From positions 19,258 to 83,257 of the forward strand of contig JBBQGF010000001.1 of the NCBI GenBank assembly GCA_038322745.1: DNA of 64,000 nt, in the 5' to 3' direction. Below, one piece after another: positions 39,920 through 51,000 of this stretch. The DNA comes from Minisyncoccia bacterium. Its GTDB lineage: Bacteria; Patescibacteriota; Minisyncoccia; Phycocordibacterales; UBA9973. The notes below the pieces were generated by a model. It worked only from the letters and a program-made list of their open reading frames with translations, made no database searches and had not been told where the DNA came from. Each line of letters opens with the position of its first letter. The first letter of the stretch is position 1. A program made the position numbers and the translations under genes.

Positions 39920-40360
39920 TTAATCTTTCTTTATTATAATTTCACAACTTCCACTTTTTGTTCCTTTCTTAATTATTACCTTATGAACACCTAGCTCTTT
40001 TATATGTTCCATAATTATAGTATTTTCATCTATTTCTACTCCTGATATTTCTTTTATTGCTTGTTTTACATCATGAGGACTAACTGCTTTAAATAGATGA
40101 CCTTTTTCATTAGCTTTTACTCTTATTTCTATGCTTGTATTATTCACAGAAGAAATAATCGATTCAAAATTTTTCATTTCTTCATTTTTCTTTCTTTCTA
40201 TCTGAGCTTTTTTATCTGCAAGTTTTGAAAGCTCCCCTGGAGTAGCAAGTATAGCTAAACCTTTTGCAATCAATACATTTTGAGCATAACCCTCTTTGAA
40301 TTCTTTTATATCATATTTATTCCCTACTTTTGGAATATCTGTTATTAAAATGACTTTCAT
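39920..40360 (-). CDS. rplI: 50S ribosomal protein L9
   Basis: MKVIL..D...G...K.GYA.N.LI..G.A; start moved to ATG 40360. Confidence 0.92.
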   Translation of the reverse strand: MKVILITDIPKVGNKYDIKEFKEGYAQNVLIAKGLAILATPGELSKLADKKAQIERKKNEEMKNFESIISSVNNTSIEIRVKANEKGHLFKAVSPHDVKQAIKEISGVEIDENTIIMEHIKELGVHKVIIKKGTKSGSCEIIIKKD

Positions 40361-40481
40361 CCGCCTAAACTTTTTACAAAACAACAATTATCGTTAAGAT
40401 ATTATTATTCATAAAAAAGATAATTAATTTATAATATTAGCTATTTATAAAAGTTTTGGTGAATTCATCTCCACTAGACTT

Positions 40482-41729
40482 TTATTTTTTTGCTTTTAAT
40501 ATTTCGACAGCTTTGTTCATTTGCGGATCAATTTTCGCTTCATAATCCTTTAAAGTAAATGGAACTTTAACATCAGGGTCAAGTCCTGAAGCAGAAATAG
40601 ATATACCATTTGGTGTAAGCCATTTTGCAACTGTAACTTTTAATGATGTTGAATCTGTAATACTTACTAATTCTTGGACTGAGCCTTTACCAAAAGTTTT
40701 CTCTCCAACTAATGTAGCTATTCCATGTTCACGAAGTGCTCCAGCAAGTATTTCAGAAGCTGATGCAGAACCACCATCTACAAGTACTACAAACTGAAGA
40801 TTATCATTAAATATTCTTGGTCCATGACTACGATATATTTGTGATTTTTTACTTGTTCCAAAATCTTCACTTACAATAACTTTACCTTCATCTATAAACC
40901 ATGAGCCGATATTAACCGCTATATCTAGATAACCACCTGGATTACCTCTTAGATCCAAGATGAGTTTATGATTATTTGTTTTTGCAAATTCTTGAAGTGC
41001 ATTAGCAAATAGTTTATCAGAGTTTTCTGAAAAACTATAGAATTTAATGACGAAGATATCATCTGGAAGTTGCTCTGTTTCTACAGTTGGAATATTTATT
41101 GTATCTCTTACTATTTTTATTTCTCGAGTTTCCTTCTCTCCAGTTCTAAATATTGTTAAAACTACAGATGTCCCCTTTTCTCCTCGAATTAAATTTATAG
41201 CACCGTCTACTGATAAATCATTTGTGCTAGATTTATCAATTTTCATGATTTTATCACCTGCTTTTAAACCAGCGTCCCATGCAGGATTATTTTTCAAAGG
41301 AGCTATTACAGTTAGAATTTTATCTTTCATGCCTATTTCTGCTCCAATACCAGTAAATGAGCCCTTAATTTCGTCTTTAAATAGCTTATTTTCTTCTGGA
41401 TTAAAGAATGTGGTATATGGATCCCCCGTTGAAGATGCTAGGCCTGCAATGGCCCCCCAGATGCGTTCCTGGTCAGTTGCTTTATCTGAATAGATAGACT
41501 TATCTTTGAGAATATTCCAAGCCTTCCAAAAAGGCGCAAAGTCAGCCGATGATTCGAAATTGGGAGTTTTATTTATTACAGATGAAACCTTTTCTATTTC
41601 AGGACGACGAGTATAACCCATATATATACCCATACCAAAAACTCCACTCAAAAGTAAAAAAGAAACAATTACATAGGATATGTTCCTGTAATTTATTTTT
41701 TTTAATTTAATTATATTTATGAATTGCAT
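40482..41729 (-). CDS. ctpA: S41A carboxyl-terminal processing protease (PDZ)
   Basis: DPYT, GIGAE PDZ, LDLRGNPGG, SASASEI, TFGKGSVQ. Confidence 0.93.
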   Translation of the reverse strand: MQFINIIKLKKINYRNISYVIVSFLLLSGVFGMGIYMGYTRRPEIEKVSSVINKTPNFESSADFAPFWKAWNILKDKSIYSDKATDQERIWGAIAGLASSTGDPYTTFFNPEENKLFKDEIKGSFTGIGAEIGMKDKILTVIAPLKNNPAWDAGLKAGDKIMKIDKSSTNDLSVDGAINLIRGEKGTSVVLTIFRTGEKETREIKIVRDTINIPTVETEQLPDDIFVIKFYSFSENSDKLFANALQEFAKTNNHKLILDLRGNPGGYLDIAVNIGSWFIDEGKVIVSEDFGTSKKSQIYRSHGPRIFNDNLQFVVLVDGGSASASEILAGALREHGIATLVGEKTFGKGSVQELVSITDSTSLKVTVAKWLTPNGISISASGLDPDVKVPFTLKDYEAKIDPQMNKAVEILKAKK

Positions 41730-41747
41730 ATATTTATTATTACAAAA

Positions 41748-42986
41748 TTACTGATTTGTTTCAAGTTTTAAAGCAGAAGGTGTGTATTTATTCGATGGAT
41801 CCCATAGCATCCATGAAGTTAGACCATTATCATAAACTGCTTTCATTTCTGCATTAATTAATTCTTTAGTATAGGATGTCCCCATATCAAAATCTTGTAA
41901 CCATGGGCGAATTTTATTTATATCTTCTGAAATCTTTTTTGTTTTGACAATAGCACTAGATAAAGCTTTGTTTATTACTTCATAGGGATGTTCATTTGGA
42001 TTTTTAAAACCCATATGACCTGCTGGATAATGAGATGGATAAACCATAGGGCAAAGAAAATCAAAATGAGGTAATGCTTTCTCCCAAACCTGACCTATCC
42101 CCATATCATCATTTGCTTCTGTTGTTAATCCAAATAAATCTGCTGATATAGGAATATTTATTTCTTTTTTAACTTCAGAAGATAAGTATATAAAAAACTT
42201 TTCTATATTATCAGAGCGAGTCTCTCCAGTTGCTAAATGATAATTTATATCCTTCATATTACCATCTGATGGATAACGAATATAATCAAAATTTATTTCA
42301 TCAAATCCTTCGTTGTATGCACTCTTTGCAATATTTACTATATAGTCATGAACTTCTTTTTTTGCAGGGTCAAGAAAAGATAAACCCTTGCGGTCTTTCC
42401 AAACAGTACCATCACTCTTCTTTGTAATAGACCACTCAGGATGCTTTTTTGTCATATAAGGGTCTTGAAAAACTGAAACGCGACCGATTATATATATATT
42501 CTTTTTATGAAGAGTGTCAGTTAATAAACGAATATTTGAAATACGTTTTTCTATACTACCCTCTTTTCGCAAAGATTCATTATCCATATCAAAACTAATT
42601 CTTCCAGTAGAGTCCTTTACATCTATGACAATGGCATTCAATTCTGTATCATCTATCAATTTAATTATACTATCTCGAAATTTTGGAGAACCTGCTACCC
42701 ACGCAGATATATATACTGCTTTCAAGTTTTTTGGAGTTTCTATATGAGTCACTACAATTGGAACAACTACTGGTTTAACTGGAATATCTAATTGAGAGAT
42801 GGGTTCAGTAATTTTAACATCAGATGATATATTTGCTGTTGTATTATTATCTACAGAAGTCAAATCTTCACTATTATATTCAATTGGATTATTTAAATTT
42901 GGAAATATAAAAATAAAAAAAGAGCCACATAATATTAATGTGAGTATTATGTAGAGTGGAAATTTAATAGATTTTTTAATTGACAT
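41748..42986 (-). CDS. putative glycoside hydrolase (DUF4015-like TIM barrel), membrane-anchored
   Basis: NAIVIDVKD..G, GFDEINFDYIRYP, PMVYPSHY, RPWLQDF. Confidence 0.8.
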   Translation of the reverse strand: MSIKKSIKFPLYIILTLILCGSFFIFIFPNLNNPIEYNSEDLTSVDNNTTANISSDVKITEPISQLDIPVKPVVVPIVVTHIETPKNLKAVYISAWVAGSPKFRDSIIKLIDDTELNAIVIDVKDSTGRISFDMDNESLRKEGSIEKRISNIRLLTDTLHKKNIYIIGRVSVFQDPYMTKKHPEWSITKKSDGTVWKDRKGLSFLDPAKKEVHDYIVNIAKSAYNEGFDEINFDYIRYPSDGNMKDINYHLATGETRSDNIEKFFIYLSSEVKKEINIPISADLFGLTTEANDDMGIGQVWEKALPHFDFLCPMVYPSHYPAGHMGFKNPNEHPYEVINKALSSAIVKTKKISEDINKIRPWLQDFDMGTSYTKELINAEMKAVYDNGLTSWMLWDPSNKYTPSALKLETNQ

Positions 42987-43029
42987 GTAATTTTATAATA
43001 TTATTTCCCTCAATATTTTTTACTAGATA

Positions 43030-43245
43030 TTATTCTCCACCCCCTATATTATCAACAAATGATTTGATTCTATTTTCATCTTTATCAATACGGATTTTAG
43101 CTTGATTATAAAATAAATAGCCTAAGTAAATAATACCAAAGCCTGTAATGATAAATAGTATCTTTCTCCAACTTTCGTAAAAACCTAGAAATGGTAAAAT
43201 AGCTACCCATATACCAATGATAAATAATGTACGTTCTTTTCTCAT
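43030..43245 (-). CDS. small membrane protein (2 TM)
   Basis: GIWVAILPFLGF...K..L.I.TG pattern. Confidence 0.7.
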   Translation of the reverse strand: MRKERTLFIIGIWVAILPFLGFYESWRKILFIITGFGIIYLGYLFYNQAKIRIDKDENRIKSFVDNIGGGE

Positions 43246-43263
43246 GTTTCTATTATACTTTAT

Positions 43264-43953
43264 TTATTTAGGTTCAACAATAACAACAAACTCACCTCTT
43301 TGTTTATCTGAATTTTTAGTAAAATATTCTAGTATTTCAGATGATGTTCCACTGACAAATTGTTCAAATTGTTTAGTAATCTCTCGAGCAATCATAACGT
43401 TGAAAGTAGGACAATGCTCATCGAGTGAAGATAATGTTTTCAAAATACGATGAGTTGATTCATAAAAAACAATTACTCTCTTTGACAATGCTATTTCTTT
43501 AAATAAAGTCTCTCTTCCTTTCTTGTGAGGCAAAAATCCAAGAAAAACAAATTCGGCAGAAGAAATACCTGAGGCAGATAATGCGGATATTAAAGCACTA
43601 GCTCCTGGAATTGGAACGACAGAAGCATCTAATCCTAAATTTTTACGAATATTTGAGACAAGTAAAACACCAGGGTCTGAAATACAAGGAGTTCCAGCAT
43701 CAGAAACTAGAGCGAGATTCTTCCCTTCTTCCAGCATTTTTATAATAACTGATTCTTTTGCATCTGTACTATGTGCATGATAACTCATAGTTTTTGTATG
43801 AATGTCGTATTTGTTTAATAAAACTTTTGTTGTTCGAGTGTCTTCACAAAGAATTATATCTACTTCTTTAAGTATTCGAAGAGCACGGAGAGTTATATCT
43901 TCTAAATTACCGATTGGTGTAGCAATTACATATAGTGTGCCTATTTCTTTCAT
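43264..43953 (-). CDS. rsmI: 16S rRNA C1402 2'-O-methyltransferase
   Basis: LYVIATPIGNLEDIT.RA, EDTR, SDAGTP.ISDPG; start moved to ATG 43953. Confidence 0.95.
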   Translation of the reverse strand: MKEIGTLYVIATPIGNLEDITLRALRILKEVDIILCEDTRTTKVLLNKYDIHTKTMSYHAHSTDAKESVIIKMLEEGKNLALVSDAGTPCISDPGVLLVSNIRKNLGLDASVVPIPGASALISALSASGISSAEFVFLGFLPHKKGRETLFKEIALSKRVIVFYESTHRILKTLSSLDEHCPTFNVMIAREITKQFEQFVSGTSSEILEYFTKNSDKQRGEFVVIVEPK

Positions 43954-44106
43954 TTTGGTATTATACTCTCGTTTTATTAAACGGTAAACTGTTTGTTTAA
44001 AATGCATTCCAGTGAAGCATCACGTAGTCGTGGGCATAAAAAAAATAGACTTAATTTACCGAAGTAAAATTAAGTCTATTTGTAATTGTTTGCCTAATAT
44101 TAGGCA

Positions 44107-44355
44107 TTATTTTTTCAATTTACTTTCCTCTTTTCTGATTTGATAAACTATTGCTAATAACATACAAGCAATAGAAGGTATCAAAAACCACAAATGAGAA
44201 TTCAAATTCCACCACCAAGGAGCAAAATCTCCTTTAGTTGGACTTCCGTCAAAAACGTAAGTTAAGAAACAATATACCCATAAAATCCAAAGTGATATTG
44301 ATGCCCAACCAATTGTTAAGATAGAAAATCTAACGAAATCATTTTTCATATTCAT
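44107..44355 (-). CDS. orphan small membrane protein (2 TM, Trp-rich)
   Basis: TTGACA-17-TATACT promoter (44467-44439), 5' hairpin and terminator. Confidence 0.65.
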   Translation of the reverse strand: MNMKNDFVRFSILTIGWASISLWILWVYCFLTYVFDGSPTKGDFAPWWWNLNSHLWFLIPSIACMLLAIVYQIRKEESKLKK

Positions 44356-44537
44356 AATAGAGAGTTTTAAGGTTTATTTGAAAAGACAATATTTTATCTG
44401 CTCAAATAAACCTTAAACTATCTAAATGACTTTCTACAAGTATATCATATATACAACATTTTGTCAATAGATATAATTGTCTTAATTATCCTCTATATTT
44501 AAAAATATAGAGGATTTAGTAATGAAAACTAAATCCT

Positions 44538-44801
44538 CTAAGTTTTTTTAGATATGAATTTATCACATATTACATAGACTGTCAAAATTAAGAAAATATA
44601 ACTTAACACTCCATTTTCTAGTGCGAAAAACCATAACCATATTAGATACTTATTTGTCGGTTCGGTATCAAAACCAACTTGTAATCCGTGGTCCAAAAAT
44701 ATTAATATCCATACTAACCACAATAAGGACCAGATTAGCGCTATCCTATTTATAATATAGTAGATAGCTTCTTTAAAGAACTGTTTATTCATAATATTCA
44801 T
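44538..44801 (-). CDS. orphan small membrane protein (2 TM, Trp-rich)
   Basis: own promoter, 5' hairpin and terminator. Confidence 0.65.
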   Translation of the reverse strand: MNIMNKQFFKEAIYYIINRIALIWSLLWLVWILIFLDHGLQVGFDTEPTNKYLIWLWFFALENGVLSYIFLILTVYVICDKFISKKT

Positions 44802-44971
44802 ATTTAGTTGTTTAGAATAAATAAATCAATTTACCTATTCTAAACAACCAAATACTTATAGAATTTTTATTAATTAAAGCATTTTTATAAATAAAGTCAA
44901 AATATTATACATACATTACTTGTTGTATATAATTGATTATTTTGGTATCTTATAAATACTGCTTTATATAT

Positions 44972-45043
44972 GGCCCTATCGTCTAACGGTTAGGACATCG
45001 CCTTCTCAAGGCGGTAATCAGAGTTCGATTCTCTGTAGGGTCA
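44972..45043 (+). tRNA. tRNA-Glu(CTC), CCA not encoded
   Basis: GGCCCTA/TAGGGTC acceptor, TCGCC-TTCTCAA-GGCGG anticodon arm, CAGAG-TTCGATT-CTCTG T arm. Confidence 0.95.
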
Positions 45044-45250
45044 CACGTATAAAAAAGAGACACGCGAAAGCATGCCTTTTTTCTTGTGTGACCCTAAGCA
45101 AGCAAACTTATTTGCTTGTGTCAGAGAATCGAACAGTGGAATCATATTTTGTTAGTAAACAAAATAGATGAGCTGGTGACCAGACAAAACTTTTTGACGA
45201 AAAAGTTTTAGTCGAGGTCGATAAGTGTACTCACGGTCTCTGTAGTATCA
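45044..45250. other. tRNA-linked structured element, copy 2
   Basis: GACCCTA-A-9bp hairpin-GT-CAGAGAATCGAA; CGATAAGTGTACTCACGG at 45219-45236; TCTCTGTAGtaTCA matches 45030-45043 at 12/14. Confidence 0.8.
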
Positions 45251-45333
45251 AAAATGAAATTAAATATTTCACAAAAAAAAGAGCAACTAATTTATAATCA
45301 GTTGCTCTTTGTCATTAAAATTTCATTTCCTTA

Positions 45334-45849
45334 TTATTCCTCAGGAATTGGGGACGCGTCAATTTCTGCTTTCACTTTCAGAAATTCTTCTTCAGTGATG
45401 TCTTCCCTTTTTTTTAGCTCAAGTAAATAAAAATGAGCTTCTTTTTTTGAGTCAAGACGGCCGGTGTAACATTTTTTCGCGTAAATTCTTCCATGTTTTT
45501 TGCAGGATTTGCAAACATCAAAATACGCAATTTTGATTGGGTTTTCAGGATTTGCAATAATGTCGTCCAGCGAATGCATCGCAATTAGAGTCAAAATTCT
45601 TCCCAAAATTTCACCACCAAATGAAATTGGTAAGCCACTCGATTCACTCCATTGAAGTTTTTCTGCACTGAGGATCTGATCGCTCATCTCAGAGAACTCT
45701 TCAGGTGTAATTTTTTTCTCTTTTGCCAATTTTACAATGGCTTCAAAGCCTTCTTCTTTGGAATCGATTTCTATTGATTCTTTTCCATTTACAAAGTAAA
45801 TCATAAAATTTGTTCCAACTTCCGAAAATTTAATGAAATTTTTTTTCAT
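45334..45849 (-). CDS. orphan hypothetical protein (CxxCxxH; duplicated K..IT.EEF helix)
   Basis: standalone cassette with promoter, 5' hairpin and terminator. Confidence 0.7.
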   Translation of the reverse strand: MKKNFIKFSEVGTNFMIYFVNGKESIEIDSKEEGFEAIVKLAKEKKITPEEFSEMSDQILSAEKLQWSESSGLPISFGGEILGRILTLIAMHSLDDIIANPENPIKIAYFDVCKSCKKHGRIYAKKCYTGRLDSKKEAHFYLLELKKREDITEEEFLKVKAEIDASPIPEE

Positions 45850-46065
45850 TTTTTTACGTATTTATTTTTTGCATTATTGCTCTATATAAACTAAACTAAT
45901 AATTTTCATAGAGCAAGAATGCAAAGAATTTTAAAGGACAATAAATATATTGTGTATATTAACATATTTAAGTAATTTGTCAATATACATAGTATTTATT
46001 TTATATACTTTTACTGTGTCTGTTGAATTCTCACCTATACAAATCTTATGATATAATTAATATTT

Positions 46066-46636
46066 ATGAATAAAATGAAATTATTCTATTAAGATAATAG
46101 GAATTATTCTAATAATAATTGGGATAATTTTTTATTTGACTCCCCTACCTGGTACATCTATTTTAATTATTTGGGGATTTATTTTATTTTTGGGGAGAAA
46201 AAAAGGAACTCATCTTTTGAATAAATTAGAAGTTAAAATAAAAAAATATATCAAAAATGATGCACTAGAGTGGAGCAATTTCTTTTTCTTAATTCCTTTA
46301 ATTATTGCTATTATTTATCATCTATACTGGTACGCTATAATTCTACTTGTTGTACTAATTGTATCTTATGATTTTCATTTATTCCATGAAACAAAAAAAG
46401 TGTACTATCTGGATGTAATTTTTTCTAGTATATTAATGCTTTCAAATTTTGGCTTATTATTAATGGGACATTTAAATATACCTTATAGTATTTGGGCTAT
46501 AATTTCTGTATTCTTAGCTTTAGTATTTTATTTTAGAAGAAGTAAACATGATTATTATATCAATCATAGTCTTTGGCATATTTTTTCTGCTGGAGTTTGC
46601 TTCTTCTGCTTAGTAGCTTATATTTCATTTATTTAA
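46066..46636 (+). pseudogene. multi-TM membrane protein (CREST/ceramidase-like His motifs) with an apparent 5' frameshift
   Basis: TATAAT-ATG(46066) frame stops at 46092; the +1 frame continues IKIIGIILIIIG... into ORF 46136-46636 (FHLFH, HSLWH). Confidence 0.45.
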
Positions 46637-46730
46637 TTGAAATATTTTTTTTATATTTATCTATAATAATAAAAAACATCTGTTTCCAGATGTTTTTAAA
46701 TAAATTAATTTAATGAATTTTCAAATACTC

Positions 46731-47315
46731 TTATTTCAGAGCCGGGAGTATCAACCTATGATTCTTAAAATCTTTATATAATGATTCCCAATACGGGTTT
46801 CGGCTAATTGCCTCGATTTTTTGAATTATGGGGTAAGCAGAAGTTTCTGATAAGAACATGGCTAAACAAATCATCATAGCTTCATCTATTAACTCAGGCA
46901 TACCTGAAAATGAGAAGATTGACCAATTACAATGATAATCTGCAAAAATCGCTCCGCCGAATTTACCTTCTTCTTCGTTTCGGCTTTCGAATGAAGAGGT
47001 GTGGAATACATTCATATTCTTATTGATGAAATAGAATAATCTTAGTGCTTTTTCCTGTGACAGTTTGAAGTACTTATTATCCTTATCTACTGGAATTACA
47101 CCAAATGGAACGGTAAAGTTGATGCTACCTGTATCTCCGTTCAACAGTGTGAAATATCCACGCCGGTTAAACTCTGAATCAGGAATATCGCTCCTCCCCT
47201 TACTTAAATCTAAGAGAACTGCAACATACAACATCATATCATCAAATTTAAATGGTACAGTGTGCTTATCAAGCATATCAATACCTGTCGAAAAATAACT
47301 GTTTTTTTGATTCAT
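46731..47315 (-). CDS. hypothetical protein, weakly GlcG/HbpS(DUF336)-like
   Basis: KA...GKFGGAIF...FSFSG.PE..DE pattern; standalone cassette. Confidence 0.6.
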   Translation of the reverse strand: MNQKNSYFSTGIDMLDKHTVPFKFDDMMLYVAVLLDLSKGRSDIPDSEFNRRGYFTLLNGDTGSINFTVPFGVIPVDKDNKYFKLSQEKALRLFYFINKNMNVFHTSSFESRNEEEGKFGGAIFADYHCNWSIFSFSGMPELIDEAMMICLAMFLSETSAYPIIQKIEAISRNPYWESLYKDFKNHRLILPALK

Positions 47316-47549
47316 TTTCTGAGTTTTAAATTAAACATATAAGATTTTCTAAAACTCACTATAGTAAAGAGAGACTTAGAAAATCCTATATATAATAAAA
47401 CTATATATTAAAGAGCTACTGTTGTTTGGGATATTAACACAAATGTAATGTAACGTCAAACTTAATATTTGCATATAATTTGATTTGACAAAATACTTTT
47501 AAAGTTGTAGTATAAAGAAAAATTAATGTAAATTTAAAACAAACATAAG

Positions 47550-47960
47550 ATGAAAAAAATCCTTATTGTTCAAAGTGTACCCGGATGGATACGTGTATTA
47601 AGTGAAGCTATTTCAAAAGAGGTTCCAAATTTAATTGAAGACATCACCTACACAGATTCTTTCAACCACGCACTGGAAATTGCGCCCAGAAGCGGTAAAT
47701 TACTTGTAATTACAAGTAATATGTTCCATGATAATTATTCTGAACACAAAAATATTGTTCCGGAAAAAATCATTGATGATTTTGACAAAGATGGAAATCA
47801 GCTTGCAAAATTAATCAAAAAAATTAATCCTGAAGCACAAGTATTTCTTTTTTCTGAATTTATGTCAGCTGACCGTGAATTTCTCGATGGGTATATTAGT
47901 AAAACCCAGTACACACCAGAAAACATAAAAGCAGTTTTAAATACTATCCTAAAAAAATAA
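47550..47960 (+). CDS. degenerate receiver (CheY-like) domain protein
   Basis: KKILIV start, DG.QLAK.IK..NP...VFLFS, DGYISK; acidic pocket and phospho-Asp appear substituted. Confidence 0.6.
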   Translation: MKKILIVQSVPGWIRVLSEAISKEVPNLIEDITYTDSFNHALEIAPRSGKLLVITSNMFHDNYSEHKNIVPEKIIDDFDKDGNQLAKLIKKINPEAQVFLFSEFMSADREFLDGYISKTQYTPENIKAVLNTILKK

Positions 47961-48012
47961 AATCAACCCGCATAGAAAAACCCACAAGTTTTCTATGTGG
48001 GTTTTTCTATAT

Positions 48013-51000
48013 TTATTGAACTAAATTTTGATTTTGATTGTCTTTCTTACTTATTATTCCTGTTAATACTAGAATCAATATAATTATAACTATAAATATC
48101 GATATCAAGATAAATAGATTGCTTCCTTCGAGCAAACCAGGCTTACCTGTCTCGATTGAAGCCTGTGGAATAGGAATATCATTTAAAGTGACAGCTTCTG
48201 CTGTTTTAGTAAATGGATAACCAGGACTTTTAGCTACTATGTTTCCCATATTGTTAACTGTTGCAACATATACAGTATGGTCACCATTATCTAATTCCTT
48301 GTCTAATGTATAGCTCCATTCCCCTGTAATATCTGTTTTAATCGTGACTACTATTGGAGTACTATAAATATATACAGTTACATAACTATTTGGTAGTGCT
48401 TGACCTTTAATCGTTACTTCTTTTTTATTTACTAAGTCAACGTTATTTATTTTATATGAAGGAATAATTTTTGCTATTGATTCTAAAGGTTCCTCTACTT
48501 TAATTTTTACTAACTCTGTTTTAGTAGGATCAAAACCAAGTAAAATTTTTTCTGCTGCACCAATACTCTTACCTTCAAAAGAAGAGATAATCGATGGTTT
48601 TACTGGGTCAATATTGTAAACATAAAGAGAGTCATAATTTGATATTCCATCATTATTTGTATCTTTATATAATAAATCGCCACCCTGTTTTTTGATTATT
48701 TGATTCTGATTACTTGCTATATCAGACAATGTATCAAATACTTTAACAACATTTTCTCCATCAGTTTTAGGTAATTGATTTGATGCAATATTTATACCCG
48801 ATAAAGTTTTAATATCTTCTATTCCCCTACTGACTTCTATTTTTAGATTATCAATATCATTAGGTGTAATATTAATTAAAATAGACAACCTAAATTCTAT
48901 TTTTTTAACTAATTTATTTCTATAATCATAAATCCTTGATGTATCTATTCCTTGACCTGTAGTATCAGCATTTTTTATAATATTTGCTATATTTTCATCA
49001 ATTATTTTTATTAATTGAATTTTTATTGTATCTATTTGTTTTTGGGATTCCTCAATTGCAGAACTAAGATTATTAATTTTTAATGGAACTTCACTGGGAG
49101 CGACTTTAATAAGTGGGATATCGGGTGATGATATTGTATTTGGTATAACAATACTAGTCACTACAGGAACAATAGGTTTATTTATTGTTATATTTGTTGG
49201 TACAACAGAAGGCTTATCTATAATTTTAATAGGGGTAGCTTCTATAATAGGAATTGGTACATATATATTACTAATTAAAGCAGGATTTGAGCAATTAGTT
49301 TCCACACAAGCTCTAATACGATAATCGTATGTCGCTCCAGAGGTTACATTACTATCTTTAAATAATGGTGTTGCGGTATTTGCCTGGGGAAGTAAAGTCC
49401 AAGAAGCTGCAAATTGAGAGCTCAACTTTCTTTCAATACTATATCTATTTATATTGGTAGTATTATTTGTCCAACTAAGTAATATATAGGATGAAGTTAC
49501 TGTTGATAATAAATTTGTAGGGGGTGAGATAGTAATCAATGGAGAAATTAACATGAATGTTTTAGAAGATTGAATTGTATTTGCTGTTGAACAAGAAGAG
49601 CCTAAACATGCTTTTAGTGTATAAACACCGGTAGCCAGATTTGAAGTAGTTAAACTCATAGTCTGTGTGCTACTACTTGAACCAGTAGCTTTAATAGTAT
49701 TTATACCGTTTGGTGATTGGAGCCATATAGAAACATTACCAGTAGTATTTAAAGGACTACATGTCCAAGTATAATTTACACTTTCTCCTATAGTATATGC
49801 TGTTTTATTCATATTTAAATTTATACTATTACAAGCAATATTAACTGGGATAATACTAGGAATTGTTACAGTAATTTCATTTGATGGCTCAGAACAGATA
49901 AGTGCAGTTTCTGACACATTCTGACAAGCTCGAACTCGATAATTATATATTTTTTCAGTTATTACACTTGAGTCATTATATGTTGGTGTAATGGTGGTAT
50001 TTATTTGTGGAAGTAAAATCCAAGCAGTTGTAGGTTCTGAACTTAATTTTCTCTCAACTTTAAATCGACTTATATTTGTGACATTATATATCCAGTTAAG
50101 TGATACAGAATTTGAGGTTGATATTGAAGTTAAATATGTTGGTGGTAAAGGAAGATTTGGAGTATTTGCTTGAATGATTACATTTTCTAATAAAACATAT
50201 TCTGAGCATATTGATGTAGCTCCTGATGTAAAAATACAAGACCTAATCTGATAATCATAAAGAGTGTTTGTATTTATCATATTTGCATATGAATTTGAAT
50301 TTACTCCAGTTATTAATGCTGAATTTCCCCAAGTGGTTTCAGTATGCAATTTTCTTTGTATCTCAAATCCATTGGCATTGTTTGACGAAGGATTTACCCA
50401 ATGCAATATAATATTTGACGATGCACTTGTTGAAGGTGTGAATGATAATGTTGTTGGTGGTAAAGGAGGATTTGTTCCACCTCCACCATTTAATACTAAT
50501 GCAAATGACTGACTTGAACTTCCTGTAGTACAACTATCACCAAGGCACACAATTAGATTATAACTACCTGCACCAGTTTGTATATTTGAAGTACTATAAG
50601 TCATTGTTTGAGTACTGCCACTTGAAATAGGGTTTATACTCACCATAGTTGTATTACTTAATTTTTTAATATAACTTGAAACATTACCAATAGTACCAGG
50701 AGGAATACAAGTCCATGTATAATTAATAATTTCACCGATTGTATAAGTTGTTTTATCTAAAGTTAAAGTTAAATTTGTGCATGTATTATTTGGGTTATAT
50801 GCTGGTATTATAACTTCGACTATATTTGAAGGATCAGAACAAATAGATGAAACTCCAGATGAATTTTGACAAGCAGAAACTCGATACAGATAAATAGTAC
50901 TTGTGTTAGTAGTATTAGTATTTGTAATTGTATCTGTACTAATAAATATAGTTCCTGGAATAGTAGATATATTTTGCCAATTAGCTCCTGCGGGAGTAGC

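Noticed and set aside
44008-44040. GC-rich patch CCAGTGAAGCATCACGTAGTCGTGGG resembling an IS200/IS605 or REP end
   Set aside because: Single short imperfect palindrome with no second copy or transposase in the window.
45160-45220. Possible hammerhead ribozyme (GATGAG...GAAA...GTC)
   Set aside because: The core lacks CUGANGA (reads AGATGAG), the GAAA is inside a stem, and the Ile copy has no equivalent.
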